Source: Clostridia bacterium (lineage in GTDB: Bacteria; Bacillota; Sulfobacillia; SLMV01). From it: a stretch of DNA of 64,000 nt. The position numbers were made by a program, and so were the translations under genes. Location: the NCBI GenBank assembly GCA_003552525.1, contig PUNF01000036.1, positions 6,552 through 70,551 of the forward strand, written 5' to 3'. Under the pieces are notes generated by a model, which was given only the letters and a program-made list of their open reading frames with translations, ran no database searches and was not told where the DNA came from. Shown one piece after another: positions 9,596 to 19,925 of the stretch. Each line of letters opens with the position of its first letter. The stretch's first letter is position 1.

Positions 9596-10591
9596 CTACG
9601 CCACCCCCGATCGATCTTTGGAGTGCAGCCAGCAGGCGACCTTGCGGCCATCTTCGCCCTCGATGAGGTCGGGCTGCTCTTCGAGACATACATCCATCGC
9701 GTAGGGACAGCGCGGGTTGAAGTAACAACCCTGGGGCATCGCCAGCGGATTCGGCACGACACCCTCGATGACGTGCAGCCGGTCGGTCTTGACCGAGTCC
9801 AGCCGCGGAATCGAGTTGATCAACCCCTCGGTGTACGGATGCTGCGGATCACCGAATACATCGTACACGCTACCCTCTTCGACGATCTTACCCGCGTACA
9901 TCACGACCACGCGCTCGGCCATCTCGGCGATGACGCCGAGGTCGTGGGTGATGAGCATGATGGCCATACCCAGCTCGTCCTTCAGGCGCTTCATCAGCTC
10001 GAGGATCTGGGCCTGGATGGTTACGTCGAGGGCCGTGGTAGGCTCGTCCGCGATCAACATCTTCGGGTTGCAGGACAGGGCCATCGCGATCATCACGCGC
10101 TGGCGCATACCACCGGACAACTGGTGGGGGTATTCGTCCACGCGCTGCTCCGGCGAGGGAATGCCGACGAGGTTGAGCATCTCGATCGCCTGCTTGCGGG
10201 CTTCCTTCTCGGATAGGCCCTGGTGCAGCTCGATGGCCTCCATGATCTGGTCTCCGACGGTGTAAACGGGGTTGAGCGAGGTCATCGGCTCCTGGAAGAT
10301 CATCGAGATGTCATTCCCCCGGATCTTCCGCATCTGCGAGTCCGACTTGGTGAGCAATTCTTCGCCTTCAAAAGTTATAGACGATCCCGTCAAGATCTTG
10401 CCTGGCGGATCGGGGATGAGGCGCATGATGGACAAAGAGGTTACGCTCTTGCCGCATCCACTCTCGCCTACCACTCCCAGAGTTTCTCCCCGATCTATGT
10501 GGAAGGAGACCCCATCTACTGCTGGGACTTCTCCATCCTCGGTGTAGAAGAAGGTTCTGAGGTTCTCTACGTTTACGAGGACTTCCGACAC
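9596..10591 (-). CDS. ABC transporter ATP-binding protein, oligopeptide/dipeptide family (OppD-like)
   Basis: Walker [11 protein letters not shown], signature LSGGMRQR, Walker [12 protein letters not shown]. Adjacent to the OppF-like gene. Confidence 0.85.
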   Translation of the reverse strand: MSEVLVNVENLRTFFYTEDGEVPAVDGVSFHIDRGETLGVVGESGCGKSVTSLSIMRLIPDPPGKILTGSSITFEGEELLTKSDSQMRKIRGNDISMIFQEPMTSLNPVYTVGDQIMEAIELHQGLSEKEARKQAIEMLNLVGIPSPEQRVDEYPHQLSGGMRQRVMIAMALSCNPKMLIADEPTTALDVTIQAQILELMKRLKDELGMAIMLITHDLGVIAEMAERVVVMYAGKIVEEGSVYDVFGDPQHPYTEGLINSIPRLDSVKTDRLHVIEGVVPNPLAMPQGCYFNPRCPYAMDVCLEEQPDLIEGEDGRKVACWLHSKDRSGVA

Positions 10592-10683
10592 GAAATCACC
10601 CCATTTTCGGTTGCTAGCAAGTATAGCCGTGAGAAAAAGCTATACCTACAGGTGGCATTATACAATATCTTTGCCGAAGAATC

Positions 10684-12321
10684 CTAGTTTCCTGCCGAAG
10701 AAAATCCAGTCCAATCCTCGATCCCGGTGAACACGGGTGCGACACCCTGCTGCATCTTGGGCAAGTCGGGCAAAGCGGAAATCTCACCGGTAGGAGAACC
10801 CAGGAACAGCGCCGGCACATCCCGCACCATCTCCTCCATCCATTCCCAGCGGTCGAGGTCTTCTTCCCCATATAACAGGAACTCGAACGAGGGTACGTTC
10901 GGTGGAGACACCGCGTAGTGCCACGGGTTGTCTCCAGCCCACGTCGAGGGGCACGCGAGTCCCGCGACCGGTCGGGCCAGAAGGTACATATCGTAGCGTC
11001 CCCGCCCATAGATGGTGTAGAGCATCAGGGATCGATCGGAAGGCACGAGATGAACGGTGATACCGATCCCGTCCAGGTCACGGCGGATCTGCTCCATGGC
11101 CGCATGACGCCCTGGATCTTCCGCCGGATACAAGGCATACAGTTCCGGAATGCGGGTTCCATCCGCACCATACCCGGCTTCTTCCAACAGTTCTTCCGCG
11201 CGCGCAGGATCGCGTTCTAGGCCATCGGAGGGGCCAATGCCCGCGCCGAGCAAGGCATCGAGGGGGCCACCGGCCACCGCGCCGGCCTCCCCAAACAACG
11301 CGGAGACCACTTCTTCTCGATCTACGGCGTACCCGATGGCGCGCCGGACCCGGGTGTCAGACAGGAACGCACTTTCCGTGTTGAAGCCGAGGTATTCGAC
11401 CGCATCCGCGCTCGGCCGAGCCCAGGTCGTGCGGTCCCCGGGAATCTCACCGCCGGTATGTCGCGCACGTGGTGCGACATAGACGACGTCCGCCCCCGAC
11501 AGGCTATCCGCCGAGGGCTCCGAATGGAAGTCAAAGCGCAGCGTGTCTACGTGATCATCGACGCCTTCCTCTTCGGGGTGAGCGCTCTCCTCTCCCTGCC
11601 GCTGGAGCACCCACCGGGTCCCATCGTCTCCAGACACCACTTCCAGCGCGAACGGGCCCAGCACCGGGTATTCGGTGTCTTCTAACGCGTCAGCCAACTC
11701 GCCCATGGGAATGTCTTCGAGCGCGTGGGATGGTAACGGCGACCACTGGGCCAAGAACCACAATGCCCGGGGTGTATCCTCCCGTAATTCAACGACGATA
11801 CGATCTTCCCTCGCCTCGCGAATACCCGCGATCCCGTCGGCCTCTCCCGAGCGATATGCTTCGGCTCCCCGGATGAAGTCCAGCTGATCGCCGGTATCCG
11901 GTCCGGCGGCATCGGGGTGGAGCATAAACTCCAACGCGAGCTGTAAATCGTGCGGGATGACACGGGCCCCATCCGTCCAATGCCGCTCCGACGGGAGGGT
12001 GATGACCAACTCCCGCTCGCCGGACATGGCGATATCTTCGGCCAGGTTCGGCCGGATGGTCCCATTCTCCTGGCGCACCGCCACGGGAGGATAGAGGACG
12101 GCGAGTGCGGGGTTCTCTATTTCCCGGGGCCATTCGAGCACGGGATGCCTTGCCGGGGACCGAGATCCCACCACTCCGATGGACACCTCCACCGGATCGG
12201 GGGGCAATTCGTCCTCGATATCCTCGGGATCATCCCAGTCTTCCGGATCCTCCGGCCCCTCGGGACCAAATGAGCAACCAGCCGTGAAGAACAAGAGCAT
12301 GCTCGCGGTGAAAATGATCAT
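10684..12321 (-). CDS. ABC substrate-binding lipoprotein, family 5 (peptide/nickel/opine type)
   Basis: Start at ATG 12321 (MIIFTASMLLFFTAGCS: signal peptide with lipobox). An acidic PEDPEDWDDPEDIED linker, and the SBP_bac_5-like motif DPARAEELLEEAGY. The ORF-track 95-codon N-extension is rejected. Confidence 0.8.
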   Translation of the reverse strand: MIIFTASMLLFFTAGCSFGPEGPEDPEDWDDPEDIEDELPPDPVEVSIGVVGSRSPARHPVLEWPREIENPALAVLYPPVAVRQENGTIRPNLAEDIAMSGERELVITLPSERHWTDGARVIPHDLQLALEFMLHPDAAGPDTGDQLDFIRGAEAYRSGEADGIAGIREAREDRIVVELREDTPRALWFLAQWSPLPSHALEDIPMGELADALEDTEYPVLGPFALEVVSGDDGTRWVLQRQGEESAHPEEEGVDDHVDTLRFDFHSEPSADSLSGADVVYVAPRARHTGGEIPGDRTTWARPSADAVEYLGFNTESAFLSDTRVRRAIGYAVDREEVVSALFGEAGAVAGGPLDALLGAGIGPSDGLERDPARAEELLEEAGYGADGTRIPELYALYPAEDPGRHAAMEQIRRDLDGIGITVHLVPSDRSLMLYTIYGRGRYDMYLLARPVAGLACPSTWAGDNPWHYAVSPPNVPSFEFLLYGEEDLDRWEWMEEMVRDVPALFLGSPTGEISALPDLPKMQQGVAPVFTGIEDWTGFSSAGN

Positions 12322-13151
12322 CACGAGGTGTCTGAATCGCCGCACGTGTTTCCCCTCTCCAAACTGTCCTCTCCATGGGCATGACCGAGGTACAACGCGA
12401 GGGCGAAACCGAACATCGCCCAGGCGACCACCGACGGTGAAAACAAATCGGGCAAGAGGGCACGGGCCGAGCCCGCCGTCAGCCCGGCGAGGAGCGCGTA
12501 AAGCAATTCCCGTCGCACCCGATATACGCGCCAAAGCAACATGCCCGTCACGATGACCCCGGCCAGCGCCCCTGATGCGAACTGGAGCATCCCGGCCCAG
12601 TCCCAACGGGCCGCGACGCCGATGACACGGGAATATACGCCCAGCATCACGAGCGCGGTCCCACCGCTAAACCCCGGCAGGATCATCGCACTACCCGAGG
12701 CGATCCCGGATCCCGTCAATTGCAGCGGAGATAGCACCGGGACGGATACTGCTTCCGTCGCGGCCAAAGGCACCAGGAACCAAACGGCCACGAGCCCCGC
12801 CGCGATCAGCGAAATCCCGGCAGGAGAGGGCGGGTGTCGGCGAACGATGTTCAATGAAGACGCCAACACGATCCCCAGCAGGAAGGCATGCGTCTGGGCG
12901 GGAACACGCTGAAACCCCCAGCCCACCGTCTGTACGCCGACCAGTGCCCCGACCACCCAGCCGCCACCCAGGGCAAGCAGGCGGCGCATCCTGAGTCGAC
13001 CGATATTCTCCACCAGCTCGGGGTACACGCCGAGTACCACGGCGACCGTTCCCGCGCTCAACCCGGGCACGACGGAAGCCGCGCCCATGATTACACCGAT
13101 CACACCGGAAACCAATACCCCACCGATACTTTGCCGGAGGGCGGTGACCAT
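12321..13151 (-). CDS. DUF368-family polytopic membrane protein
   Basis: About 8 TM segments with two PGxSxxG-type repeats (VVPGLSAGTVAV and ILPGFSGGTALV), typical of DUF368. Its TGA stop overlaps the substrate-binding-protein ATG by 1 nt (translational coupling). Its start lies 1 nt after the pcrA stop. Confidence 0.55.
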   Translation of the reverse strand: MVTALRQSIGGVLVSGVIGVIMGAASVVPGLSAGTVAVVLGVYPELVENIGRLRMRRLLALGGGWVVGALVGVQTVGWGFQRVPAQTHAFLLGIVLASSLNIVRRHPPSPAGISLIAAGLVAVWFLVPLAATEAVSVPVLSPLQLTGSGIASGSAMILPGFSGGTALVMLGVYSRVIGVAARWDWAGMLQFASGALAGVIVTGMLLWRVYRVRRELLYALLAGLTAGSARALLPDLFSPSVVAWAMFGFALALYLGHAHGEDSLERGNTCGDSDTS

Positions 13152-13152
13152 T

Positions 13153-15381
13153 TCAATCCCTCGCGACTTTCTGTAGGGGCGCCAAGGATGCGAGGAGTGT
13201 TTTCAGTCCATGCTCATCGAACACGATATTGAGTTCGTGATCGTTCTCGAGTGCTTTCACACCCACGACTCGCCCCGTGCCGAACACCTTGTGCTCGACC
13301 TGCTCCCCCGCCTTCAGGTCATTCGGCGCACGGCGACTCGGTGCCTGTCCCCCCGGGTGTGCCGAGGCGATACGAATCCTGTCCCGTGGTCCCCGAACCT
13401 GGGTCCGTGGCCTTTCGCGCTCCTCCGGCTGTAGCGTCACCAGGTGGTCCGGACCGATCTCGTCGATAAACCGAGACGGGAGTGTGGGCTCCGGGGGACC
13501 TCCAAAGCGACGACGGGACGTCGCGTAGGTAAGGAAAAGCCGATCCTGGGCACGCGTCATGCCGACGTAGCACAGGCGACGCTCCTCCTCGAGCTGCCCC
13601 GGATCTTCGAGCGCTCGCGCGTGGGGAAAGAGCCCCTCTTCCATTCCCACCAGGAATACCACCGGGAACTCCAATCCCTTCGCACTGTGTAGCGTCATGA
13701 GGGTGACCCGACTGCTGGCCACTTCCGCCTCGTCTTCGCTGGTAAGGAGCGCAAGGGAAGACAGGAAGGCCGCCAGGGCTTGCCGACCCGTCTCCTCCCC
13801 GACCCACGCCGCATCCTGTTCACCTTCTACGGTAAATCCGCGCGCCGCCGAGACCAGCTCATCGAGGTTTTCCCGCCGGCTGATGGCCTCGACACCACCG
13901 GCTTCCGCGATGAATGCCAGATAACCGCTATCCTCGAGAACACGCCACAGGATTTCCGCCGGCTCCAGGGAATCCAGGGCCCCGAGGATATCCCCAAGCG
14001 CCGCGTGAAAGTCCCCAAGAGATGTCTTCTGCTTCCGGTTCAACCCGGGCACCTCATCGAGACGCTCGAGGAGCTGGAAGGCATCCATGTCTCCTTCGTC
14101 CGCAATCCGACGAAGTTTCTCGAGCGTCGCCGCGCCGATCCCGCGGCGCGGTTTGTTAATGATCCTTTCGAAGCTGGGCCAATCATCCGGATTGACCAGC
14201 AGCCGCAACAGCGCCAGGGCATCCTTGATCTCCGCGCGCTCGAAAAACCGCTGTGATCCCACGATCTCGTAGGGTACGCCGCGTTCACGGCAGGTCATCT
14301 CGAACAGGCGTGACTGGGCATTGGTACGATACAGGACGCCGAAATCGGACCACGGGCGGTTTTCTTCGAGTGCAAGTTGCTGAATGCAGGATACGACGAA
14401 GCGCGCTTCCATCTCCTCCGAGTGCCCGCAATACAGGGTCACGGGTTCACCACCACGACGTTCGGTCCAGAGATCTCGATCGAGGCGCGCGGCATTGCAC
14501 ACGATGATCTTTTGTGCTGCGCGAAGAATCGCATCCGTGGAGCGGTAGTTCTGCTCCAACCGATAGATTTCGGCGTCGGGGAAATCGCCGGTAAAGTTTA
14601 GGATGTTCGACATATCTGCACCGCGCCACCCGTAGATGGATTGGTCGGCGTCACCCACGGCGAAGACATTACGGTGCTCCTCCGCCAACATTTTCACCAG
14701 CCGATACTGGGCATGGTTGGTATCCTGGTACTCGTCCACCAACAGGTGCAAAAACCGTTGGGCATACCGCCGCAGGATCTCGGGATGGTCCAGGAAGAGT
14801 CGGATCGTGAGCATGATAAGATCGTCAAAATCCATGGCGTTGTACTCCCGGAGATCGTCAACATATCTCCGATACACGGGCGCAATGCGCTGTTCATAAT
14901 AGTCCGAGCCGGCCAGGTCCCCGGGGGTGCGCAGGTCATTCTTGGCACGACTGATACGCTGGATGATCCGAGCGGGCTCCCACTCCTTCTCGTTCATGTC
15001 GAGATCCCTTAGGATCTGGCGAATCGTCGTGCGTTGATCGGAGCGATCGAATATGGTGAACCCCGGCCGATACCCCAGGTGCCGGGCCTCGCGGCGCAGG
15101 ATGCGCAGGCAGGTCGCGTGAAACGTACCGATCCACATCCCACCCACATCACGCCGCAGGAGCGCCTCGCAGCGCTCCCGCATTTCCCTCGCAGCCTTAT
15201 TCGTGAACGTGATTGCCAGGATGCGCTCCGGTGACACACCGCGATCGAACACCAGGTGCGCCAAACGCCTCGTCAGAACCCGGGTCTTCCCGCTCCCCGC
15301 ACCGGCCAGAACCAGTGCGGGCCCGGTCTCGTGGCACACGGCGCGCGCTTGGTTTTCGTTAAGTTCAGAGAATACGTCCAA
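13153..15381 (-). CDS. pcrA: ATP-dependent DNA helicase PcrA/UvrD (SF1)
   Basis: ALVLAGAGSGKTRVLTRR Walker A plus all UvrD/PcrA helicase motifs; 742 aa. TTG start, preceded by GGGGGGA. Confidence 0.9.
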   Translation of the reverse strand: MDVFSELNENQARAVCHETGPALVLAGAGSGKTRVLTRRLAHLVFDRGVSPERILAITFTNKAAREMRERCEALLRRDVGGMWIGTFHATCLRILRREARHLGYRPGFTIFDRSDQRTTIRQILRDLDMNEKEWEPARIIQRISRAKNDLRTPGDLAGSDYYEQRIAPVYRRYVDDLREYNAMDFDDLIMLTIRLFLDHPEILRRYAQRFLHLLVDEYQDTNHAQYRLVKMLAEEHRNVFAVGDADQSIYGWRGADMSNILNFTGDFPDAEIYRLEQNYRSTDAILRAAQKIIVCNAARLDRDLWTERRGGEPVTLYCGHSEEMEARFVVSCIQQLALEENRPWSDFGVLYRTNAQSRLFEMTCRERGVPYEIVGSQRFFERAEIKDALALLRLLVNPDDWPSFERIINKPRRGIGAATLEKLRRIADEGDMDAFQLLERLDEVPGLNRKQKTSLGDFHAALGDILGALDSLEPAEILWRVLEDSGYLAFIAEAGGVEAISRRENLDELVSAARGFTVEGEQDAAWVGEETGRQALAAFLSSLALLTSEDEAEVASSRVTLMTLHSAKGLEFPVVFLVGMEEGLFPHARALEDPGQLEEERRLCYVGMTRAQDRLFLTYATSRRRFGGPPEPTLPSRFIDEIGPDHLVTLQPEERERPRTQVRGPRDRIRIASAHPGGQAPSRRAPNDLKAGEQVEHKVFGTGRVVGVKALENDHELNIVFDEHGLKTLLASLAPLQKVARD

Positions 15382-15406
15382 GACATTCCCCCCGCTTCAC
15401 TCGCCC

Positions 15407-15415
15407 ATTGTAGCA
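15407..15415 (-). promoter_or_regulatory. Candidate extended -10 promoter (TGcTACAAT) for pcrA
   Basis: Minus-strand TGCTACAAT (TGn + TACAAT) in the 68-nt purD-pcrA spacer, about 25 nt upstream of the pcrA start. Confidence 0.35.
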
Positions 15416-15449
15416 CACCAAGCGGGGTCCGCAGCACGAAAAAGGAGGA

Positions 15450-16715
15450 TCATTCTTCGGCAATATCGGTCCGGTAATGGGCGCCGGGGAAATCGATAAC
15501 ACGCACCCCTTCGTATGCCCGGCGGCGCGCTTCACCCGGAGTCAAACCGAGCCCGGTCACCCCGAGCACCCGGCCACCGGCCGTCACCCAACCCTTTTCC
15601 TCCCGGTGTGTTCCCGCGTGGTAAACGATGACATCCTCCGGTACGCTCTCGAGCCCGCGGATGGGGAGGCCAACCTCGTAGGATCCCGGGTACCCGCCCG
15701 AGGCCATAACGACGCAGACGGCGGCACCATCGTGCCACCGCAGCCTTGCCCCTAGCGCGGCCAGGTCCCCCTCCACGCCGGCCGAGGCCAGTAGGAGGGG
15801 CACGATATCGGACTGCATCCGCGGCAATACCACCTGCGTCTCGGGGTCACCGAAACGGCAATTGAACTCCAGCACCATCGGCCCCTCCTCGGTCAACATG
15901 AGGCCGGCGTACAATACACCGCGGAAGGGGATCCCGCGCGTGCGCATGAACGTCACCACGGGCTGCATAATCCGCGATCGCACATCCTCCAGCAACCCCG
16001 CATCGACTCCGGGAACCGGAGATACGCACCCCATGCCACCGGTGTTGGGCCCGCGATCCCCGTCATTGACGGCCTTGTAGTCGCGGGCCGGTGCGAGGGG
16101 CAAAACGGTTTTCCCATCGGAGATGGCCATCACGCTCAATTCCTTGCCGTGCAGGCAATCCTCGATGATCACCCGCGAGCCCGCAGATCCAAAGCGGCGG
16201 TCGATCATGGCTTCCCGGATGGCGGCATCGGCCGTTTCGTGATCGGGGGCGACGGTGACACCCTTGCCCGCGGCCAGGCCATCGGCCTTGATCACAACCG
16301 GAAAACCGCGGCTCGCCAGGTGCTGACGGGCTTCATCGGCGTCTTCGAACACGCGAGACGCAGCGGTGGGAACCCCGGCCTGCCGCATGACTTCCTTGGC
16401 ATATACCTTGCTGCTCTCGAGCCGCGCCGCTGCCCTCATCGGCCCAAACGCGGGAACACCGGCATCGGCGAGGGTATCCACCACGCCCACGGCCAGGGGA
16501 CCCTCGGGCCCGACGACGACGAATTCGGCCTCGATCTCGCGGGCGACACGCAATACTTCCCGCGGATCCTCAGTATCCCCGGGAACCCTCACGGCCAGGG
16601 ATTCGATGCCCGCCGATCCGGGCATGGCGTATAGGCCCGTAACCCGTTCGCTCTCCGCAATCTTCTTTGTCAAGGCGTGTTCCCGGCCGCCCGAACCGAT
16701 TACCAAAACGCGCAT
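15450..16715 (-). CDS. purD: Phosphoribosylamine--glycine ligase
   Basis: MRVLVIGSGGREHAL N-terminus and ATP-grasp motifs throughout; 421 aa. Confidence 0.9.
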   Translation of the reverse strand: MRVLVIGSGGREHALTKKIAESERVTGLYAMPGSAGIESLAVRVPGDTEDPREVLRVAREIEAEFVVVGPEGPLAVGVVDTLADAGVPAFGPMRAAARLESSKVYAKEVMRQAGVPTAASRVFEDADEARQHLASRGFPVVIKADGLAAGKGVTVAPDHETADAAIREAMIDRRFGSAGSRVIIEDCLHGKELSVMAISDGKTVLPLAPARDYKAVNDGDRGPNTGGMGCVSPVPGVDAGLLEDVRSRIMQPVVTFMRTRGIPFRGVLYAGLMLTEEGPMVLEFNCRFGDPETQVVLPRMQSDIVPLLLASAGVEGDLAALGARLRWHDGAAVCVVMASGGYPGSYEVGLPIRGLESVPEDVIVYHAGTHREEKGWVTAGGRVLGVTGLGLTPGEARRRAYEGVRVIDFPGAHYRTDIAEE

Positions 16716-16734
16716 CTGCCACCTCGCTCCCTTC

Positions 16735-18279
16735 TCAATGCTTAAAATGCCGCCGACCGGTAAACATCATCGCAACACCGGCTGCATCGGCGGCATCGAT
16801 CACCTGTTCATCCCGCATCGATCCACCGGGCTGCACAATCAGCGCAATCCCGAACTCTGCGGCCACTTCCACCACGTCCGGGAAGGGGAAGAACCCGTCG
16901 GAGGCGAGGACCGCACCCCGGGCACGATCGCCGGCATGCTCGAGCGCGAGCCGGGCCGAGGCCACGCGGTTCATCTGCCCGGCACCGACCCCCAGTAGCA
17001 TGCCATCGCGCGCAACGGTGATGGCGTTGGACTTCGTGTGACGACAAACCATCCACGCGAGACTCGCACTTTCGATGACGGCTGTATCCGGTTCTACTTT
17101 CCCGACGACCTCCCACGCGTCCGCCGGGGTCGTCGCGGTGTCAGCGTCACCCAGCAAGAGCCCACCTCGAACCGATCGGACCGCACGATGACGCCCCGCT
17201 TGGGACCAGGCGGCGGGTTCCAACCGCAGCACCCGGAGTTTCTTCCTCCGCTGCAGCAGCCGAAGCGCTTCCCCGGTATATTCCGGAGCCACCAGCACCT
17301 CCAGGAACAGCGACTTCTCGCGAATGAACCCGACGAATTCCTCGTCGACCTTCGCGTTTACCGCCACCACGCCACCGTAGATGGAAACCGGATCCCCATC
17401 GTAGGCGCGCGAAAGGGCCGTGCGCACATCGTCGGCTACGGCCACACCACATGGGTTGGTATGCTTGACGGCGCAGGCGGCGATCCCCTCGAGATCGCTG
17501 ACTACCCCGAGAGCCGCGTCCATGTCGAGGAAATTGTTGTAGGAAAGATCGGGGCCGCAGAGTTGTTCGCAGTCGCCCAAGCGGAATGCGGTACCATCAT
17601 TCCAATCATAAAGCGCGGCATCCTGGTGAGGATTCTCACCGTACCGAAGGTCCCGGCGGCGGTAAATCGGCAACGCGGTCTCCGGGGGCAGGGTGTGATC
17701 GGGTGATAGGTAATCCGCGATATGCGCGTCGTAATGGGCAGTGATGCCGAATGCGCGCGTGGCCAGGCGGCGCCGGAACCCTTGCGTGACATCTCCGCAC
17801 CTGCCGAGTTCCCCGAGCACCCCCGCGTAATCGCCCGGATCGGACAAGACGATGACCGATGGCCAGTTCTTTGCCGCGGCGCGCAACAGCGTCACCCCGC
17901 CGATATCGATGTTCTCCAGGGCTTCGGCCATGTCCGCCCCGCGACGGGCCACCGACTCGAAGGGATAGAGATTTACGGCCACCAGGTCCACGGGGAGGTA
18001 ACCGCAGGCCACGAGTTCCCGTACGTCAGAGGGTCGATCCCGCCGCGCCAGGATTCCGGCGTGCACTGCCGGATGCAGGGTCTTCACGCGCCCCTCGAGG
18101 AGAGAGGGATGCCCGGTCACATCCTCTACCGTCCGCACGTGAATCCCGGCCTCCCGCAGTCGGTTCGCGGTGCCCCCGGTCGAGACGATCTCCCATCCGA
18201 GATCCGCGATGCCACGTGCGAAGTCCACGACCCCGGTCTTGTCCCAACAGCTGATTAGTGCCCGCTTACCTGGCATCAT
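16735..18279 (-). CDS. purH: Bifunctional AICAR transformylase / IMP cyclohydrolase
   Basis: MGS-like N-terminal domain (KRALISCWDKTGV) and AICARFT domain; 514 aa. Confidence 0.9.
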   Translation of the reverse strand: MMPGKRALISCWDKTGVVDFARGIADLGWEIVSTGGTANRLREAGIHVRTVEDVTGHPSLLEGRVKTLHPAVHAGILARRDRPSDVRELVACGYLPVDLVAVNLYPFESVARRGADMAEALENIDIGGVTLLRAAAKNWPSVIVLSDPGDYAGVLGELGRCGDVTQGFRRRLATRAFGITAHYDAHIADYLSPDHTLPPETALPIYRRRDLRYGENPHQDAALYDWNDGTAFRLGDCEQLCGPDLSYNNFLDMDAALGVVSDLEGIAACAVKHTNPCGVAVADDVRTALSRAYDGDPVSIYGGVVAVNAKVDEEFVGFIREKSLFLEVLVAPEYTGEALRLLQRRKKLRVLRLEPAAWSQAGRHRAVRSVRGGLLLGDADTATTPADAWEVVGKVEPDTAVIESASLAWMVCRHTKSNAITVARDGMLLGVGAGQMNRVASARLALEHAGDRARGAVLASDGFFPFPDVVEVAAEFGIALIVQPGGSMRDEQVIDAADAAGVAMMFTGRRHFKH

Positions 18280-18892
18280 CGATCCACACCCTTCTATCCT
18301 CGATCCGAATTCTCGCGGCGGCCCACAGCGACAAGACCCGCGGGTACAGGCGATGCTCCTGCACGAGGATTCGCTCTGAGAGCGTCCGCACGTCGTCGCC
18401 GGGCAGCACGGGAACCGCCGCCTGCATCACGACGGGTCCGGTATCAATACCGGCATCGACCAGGTGGACAGTGCAACCGGTGACCTTCACCCCGTAATCG
18501 AGCGCCTGTGCCTGGGCATGAAGGCCCGGAAACGCCGGTAACAGGGACGGGTGGATATTGAATACCCGATCGGGATATTGGGTCAAAAAGGACTCCGGCA
18601 AGATGCGCATGAAACCAGCCAGCGCCACGACGGTGACACCATGCCCTTTGCAGGCACCCGCCAGCGCCTCGCCGAACGCTTCTCGGCCGGCGGCTTCATC
18701 AAAGGGTATCGTCTCCACGGGAATCCCCTTCGATCGGGCGAGGTCCAGCGCACGTGCCCCGGGCACGTCGGACAGGACCAGGGCAATCGTCATCCCGAGC
18801 CATCCGGCCTCCGAGGCTGCGATGATCGCCTCGAGGTTACTCCCCCTGCCGGACGCAAAGACGGCGAGGCGCTCCAGGTTCTCACGCGGCAT
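18266..18892 (-). CDS. purN: Phosphoribosylglycinamide formyltransferase
   Basis: LAVFASGRGSNLEAII and the formyltransferase HPSLLP motif. Start re-placed at the verified ATG 18892, since purM ends at 18897; the 56-codon ORF-track extension is rejected. Confidence 0.85.
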   Translation of the reverse strand: MPRENLERLAVFASGRGSNLEAIIAASEAGWLGMTIALVLSDVPGARALDLARSKGIPVETIPFDEAAGREAFGEALAGACKGHGVTVVALAGFMRILPESFLTQYPDRVFNIHPSLLPAFPGLHAQAQALDYGVKVTGCTVHLVDAGIDTGPVVMQAAVPVLPGDDVRTLSERILVQEHRLYPRVLSLWAAARIRIEDRRVWIDDAR

Positions 18893-18896
18893 GATT

Positions 18897-19925
18897 TCAG
18901 TTCCCCCTCCCACGGGCACGCACGACCTCGCCGAGCGGCCAACCCGGGTACCCACCACTGCGCGTGACCGATATGGCTCGCCCCACGTCATCGGGGGCCA
19001 CGGCCACGACCATACCCACGCCCAGGTTAAAGGTGCGGCGCAATTCCTCCTCCGATACATTCCCGTACTCGGAGAAGAGTTCGTAGAGCCGGGGACGCCG
19101 CCAGGAGGTCCAATCGATCATGGGTTCCAGGCCACCCGGAAGGATCCGGGGCAGGTTTCCGGGCAACCCACCCCCGGTAATGTGGGCCGATGCCTTGGCG
19201 ATGCCCTCATCGAAAAGGGGCAACACGGCAGGTGCATAGATCGGTGTGGGGGCCAAAATGCAATCCCCGAGTTCCGTTTCCATCCCCTCGAACCGGCTAT
19301 CGAGGCTCCACGCGCTTTCCTCGAGGATTCTCCGGATGAGTGAAAAGCCGTTGCTGTGTGGTCCGGAAGCGGGGAGGCCGATGAGTACGTCTCCGCTGGA
19401 GACCGGGGGGATCTCCCGTGCCCCGTCGGCAATTCCCACGGCGAAACCCACCACCTCGTGATCACCCGGGGAATAGTAATCCGGCATCTCCGCCGTCTCC
19501 CCGCCGATCAGCGCGCAATCCGCCTGCCTGCAGGCGGCCGCCAGGCCCTCAACGATACCCAGTACCGCATCCTCCTCCAACTTTGCGGCCGCGATGTAGT
19601 CCAAAAAAAACAGGGGACGCGCACCCGCGGCGACGAGATCGTTCAGAACCATCGCCGCGCAATCACGCCCCGCCGTCTCGAAACGACCCGTCTGTCCCAG
19701 TAGGCGCAGCTTCGTGCCCACGCCATCCGTACACGCCAGCAGACGAGGATCCTCATAATCCTTCCACCGCGGCGTAAAGGCCGCGGCGAACCCCCCGAAA
19801 TCCGATGCAGTGCCCTCGGTCCAGGTGCCCTGGACCAACCGGGACATCCTGTCCACCAGTCGATCCGCCTTGTCGATGTCTACTCCGGCCTCGCGGTAAG
19901 AAAGGGGTTTCTTGTCGCGATTCAT
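18897..19925 (-). CDS. purM: Phosphoribosylformylglycinamidine cyclo-ligase (AIR synthetase)
   Basis: SYREAGVDIDKADRLV ... DGVGTKL PurM motifs; 342 aa. Confidence 0.9.
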   Translation of the reverse strand: MNRDKKPLSYREAGVDIDKADRLVDRMSRLVQGTWTEGTASDFGGFAAAFTPRWKDYEDPRLLACTDGVGTKLRLLGQTGRFETAGRDCAAMVLNDLVAAGARPLFFLDYIAAAKLEEDAVLGIVEGLAAACRQADCALIGGETAEMPDYYSPGDHEVVGFAVGIADGAREIPPVSSGDVLIGLPASGPHSNGFSLIRRILEESAWSLDSRFEGMETELGDCILAPTPIYAPAVLPLFDEGIAKASAHITGGGLPGNLPRILPGGLEPMIDWTSWRRPRLYELFSEYGNVSEEELRRTFNLGVGMVVAVAPDDVGRAISVTRSGGYPGWPLGEVVRARGRGN

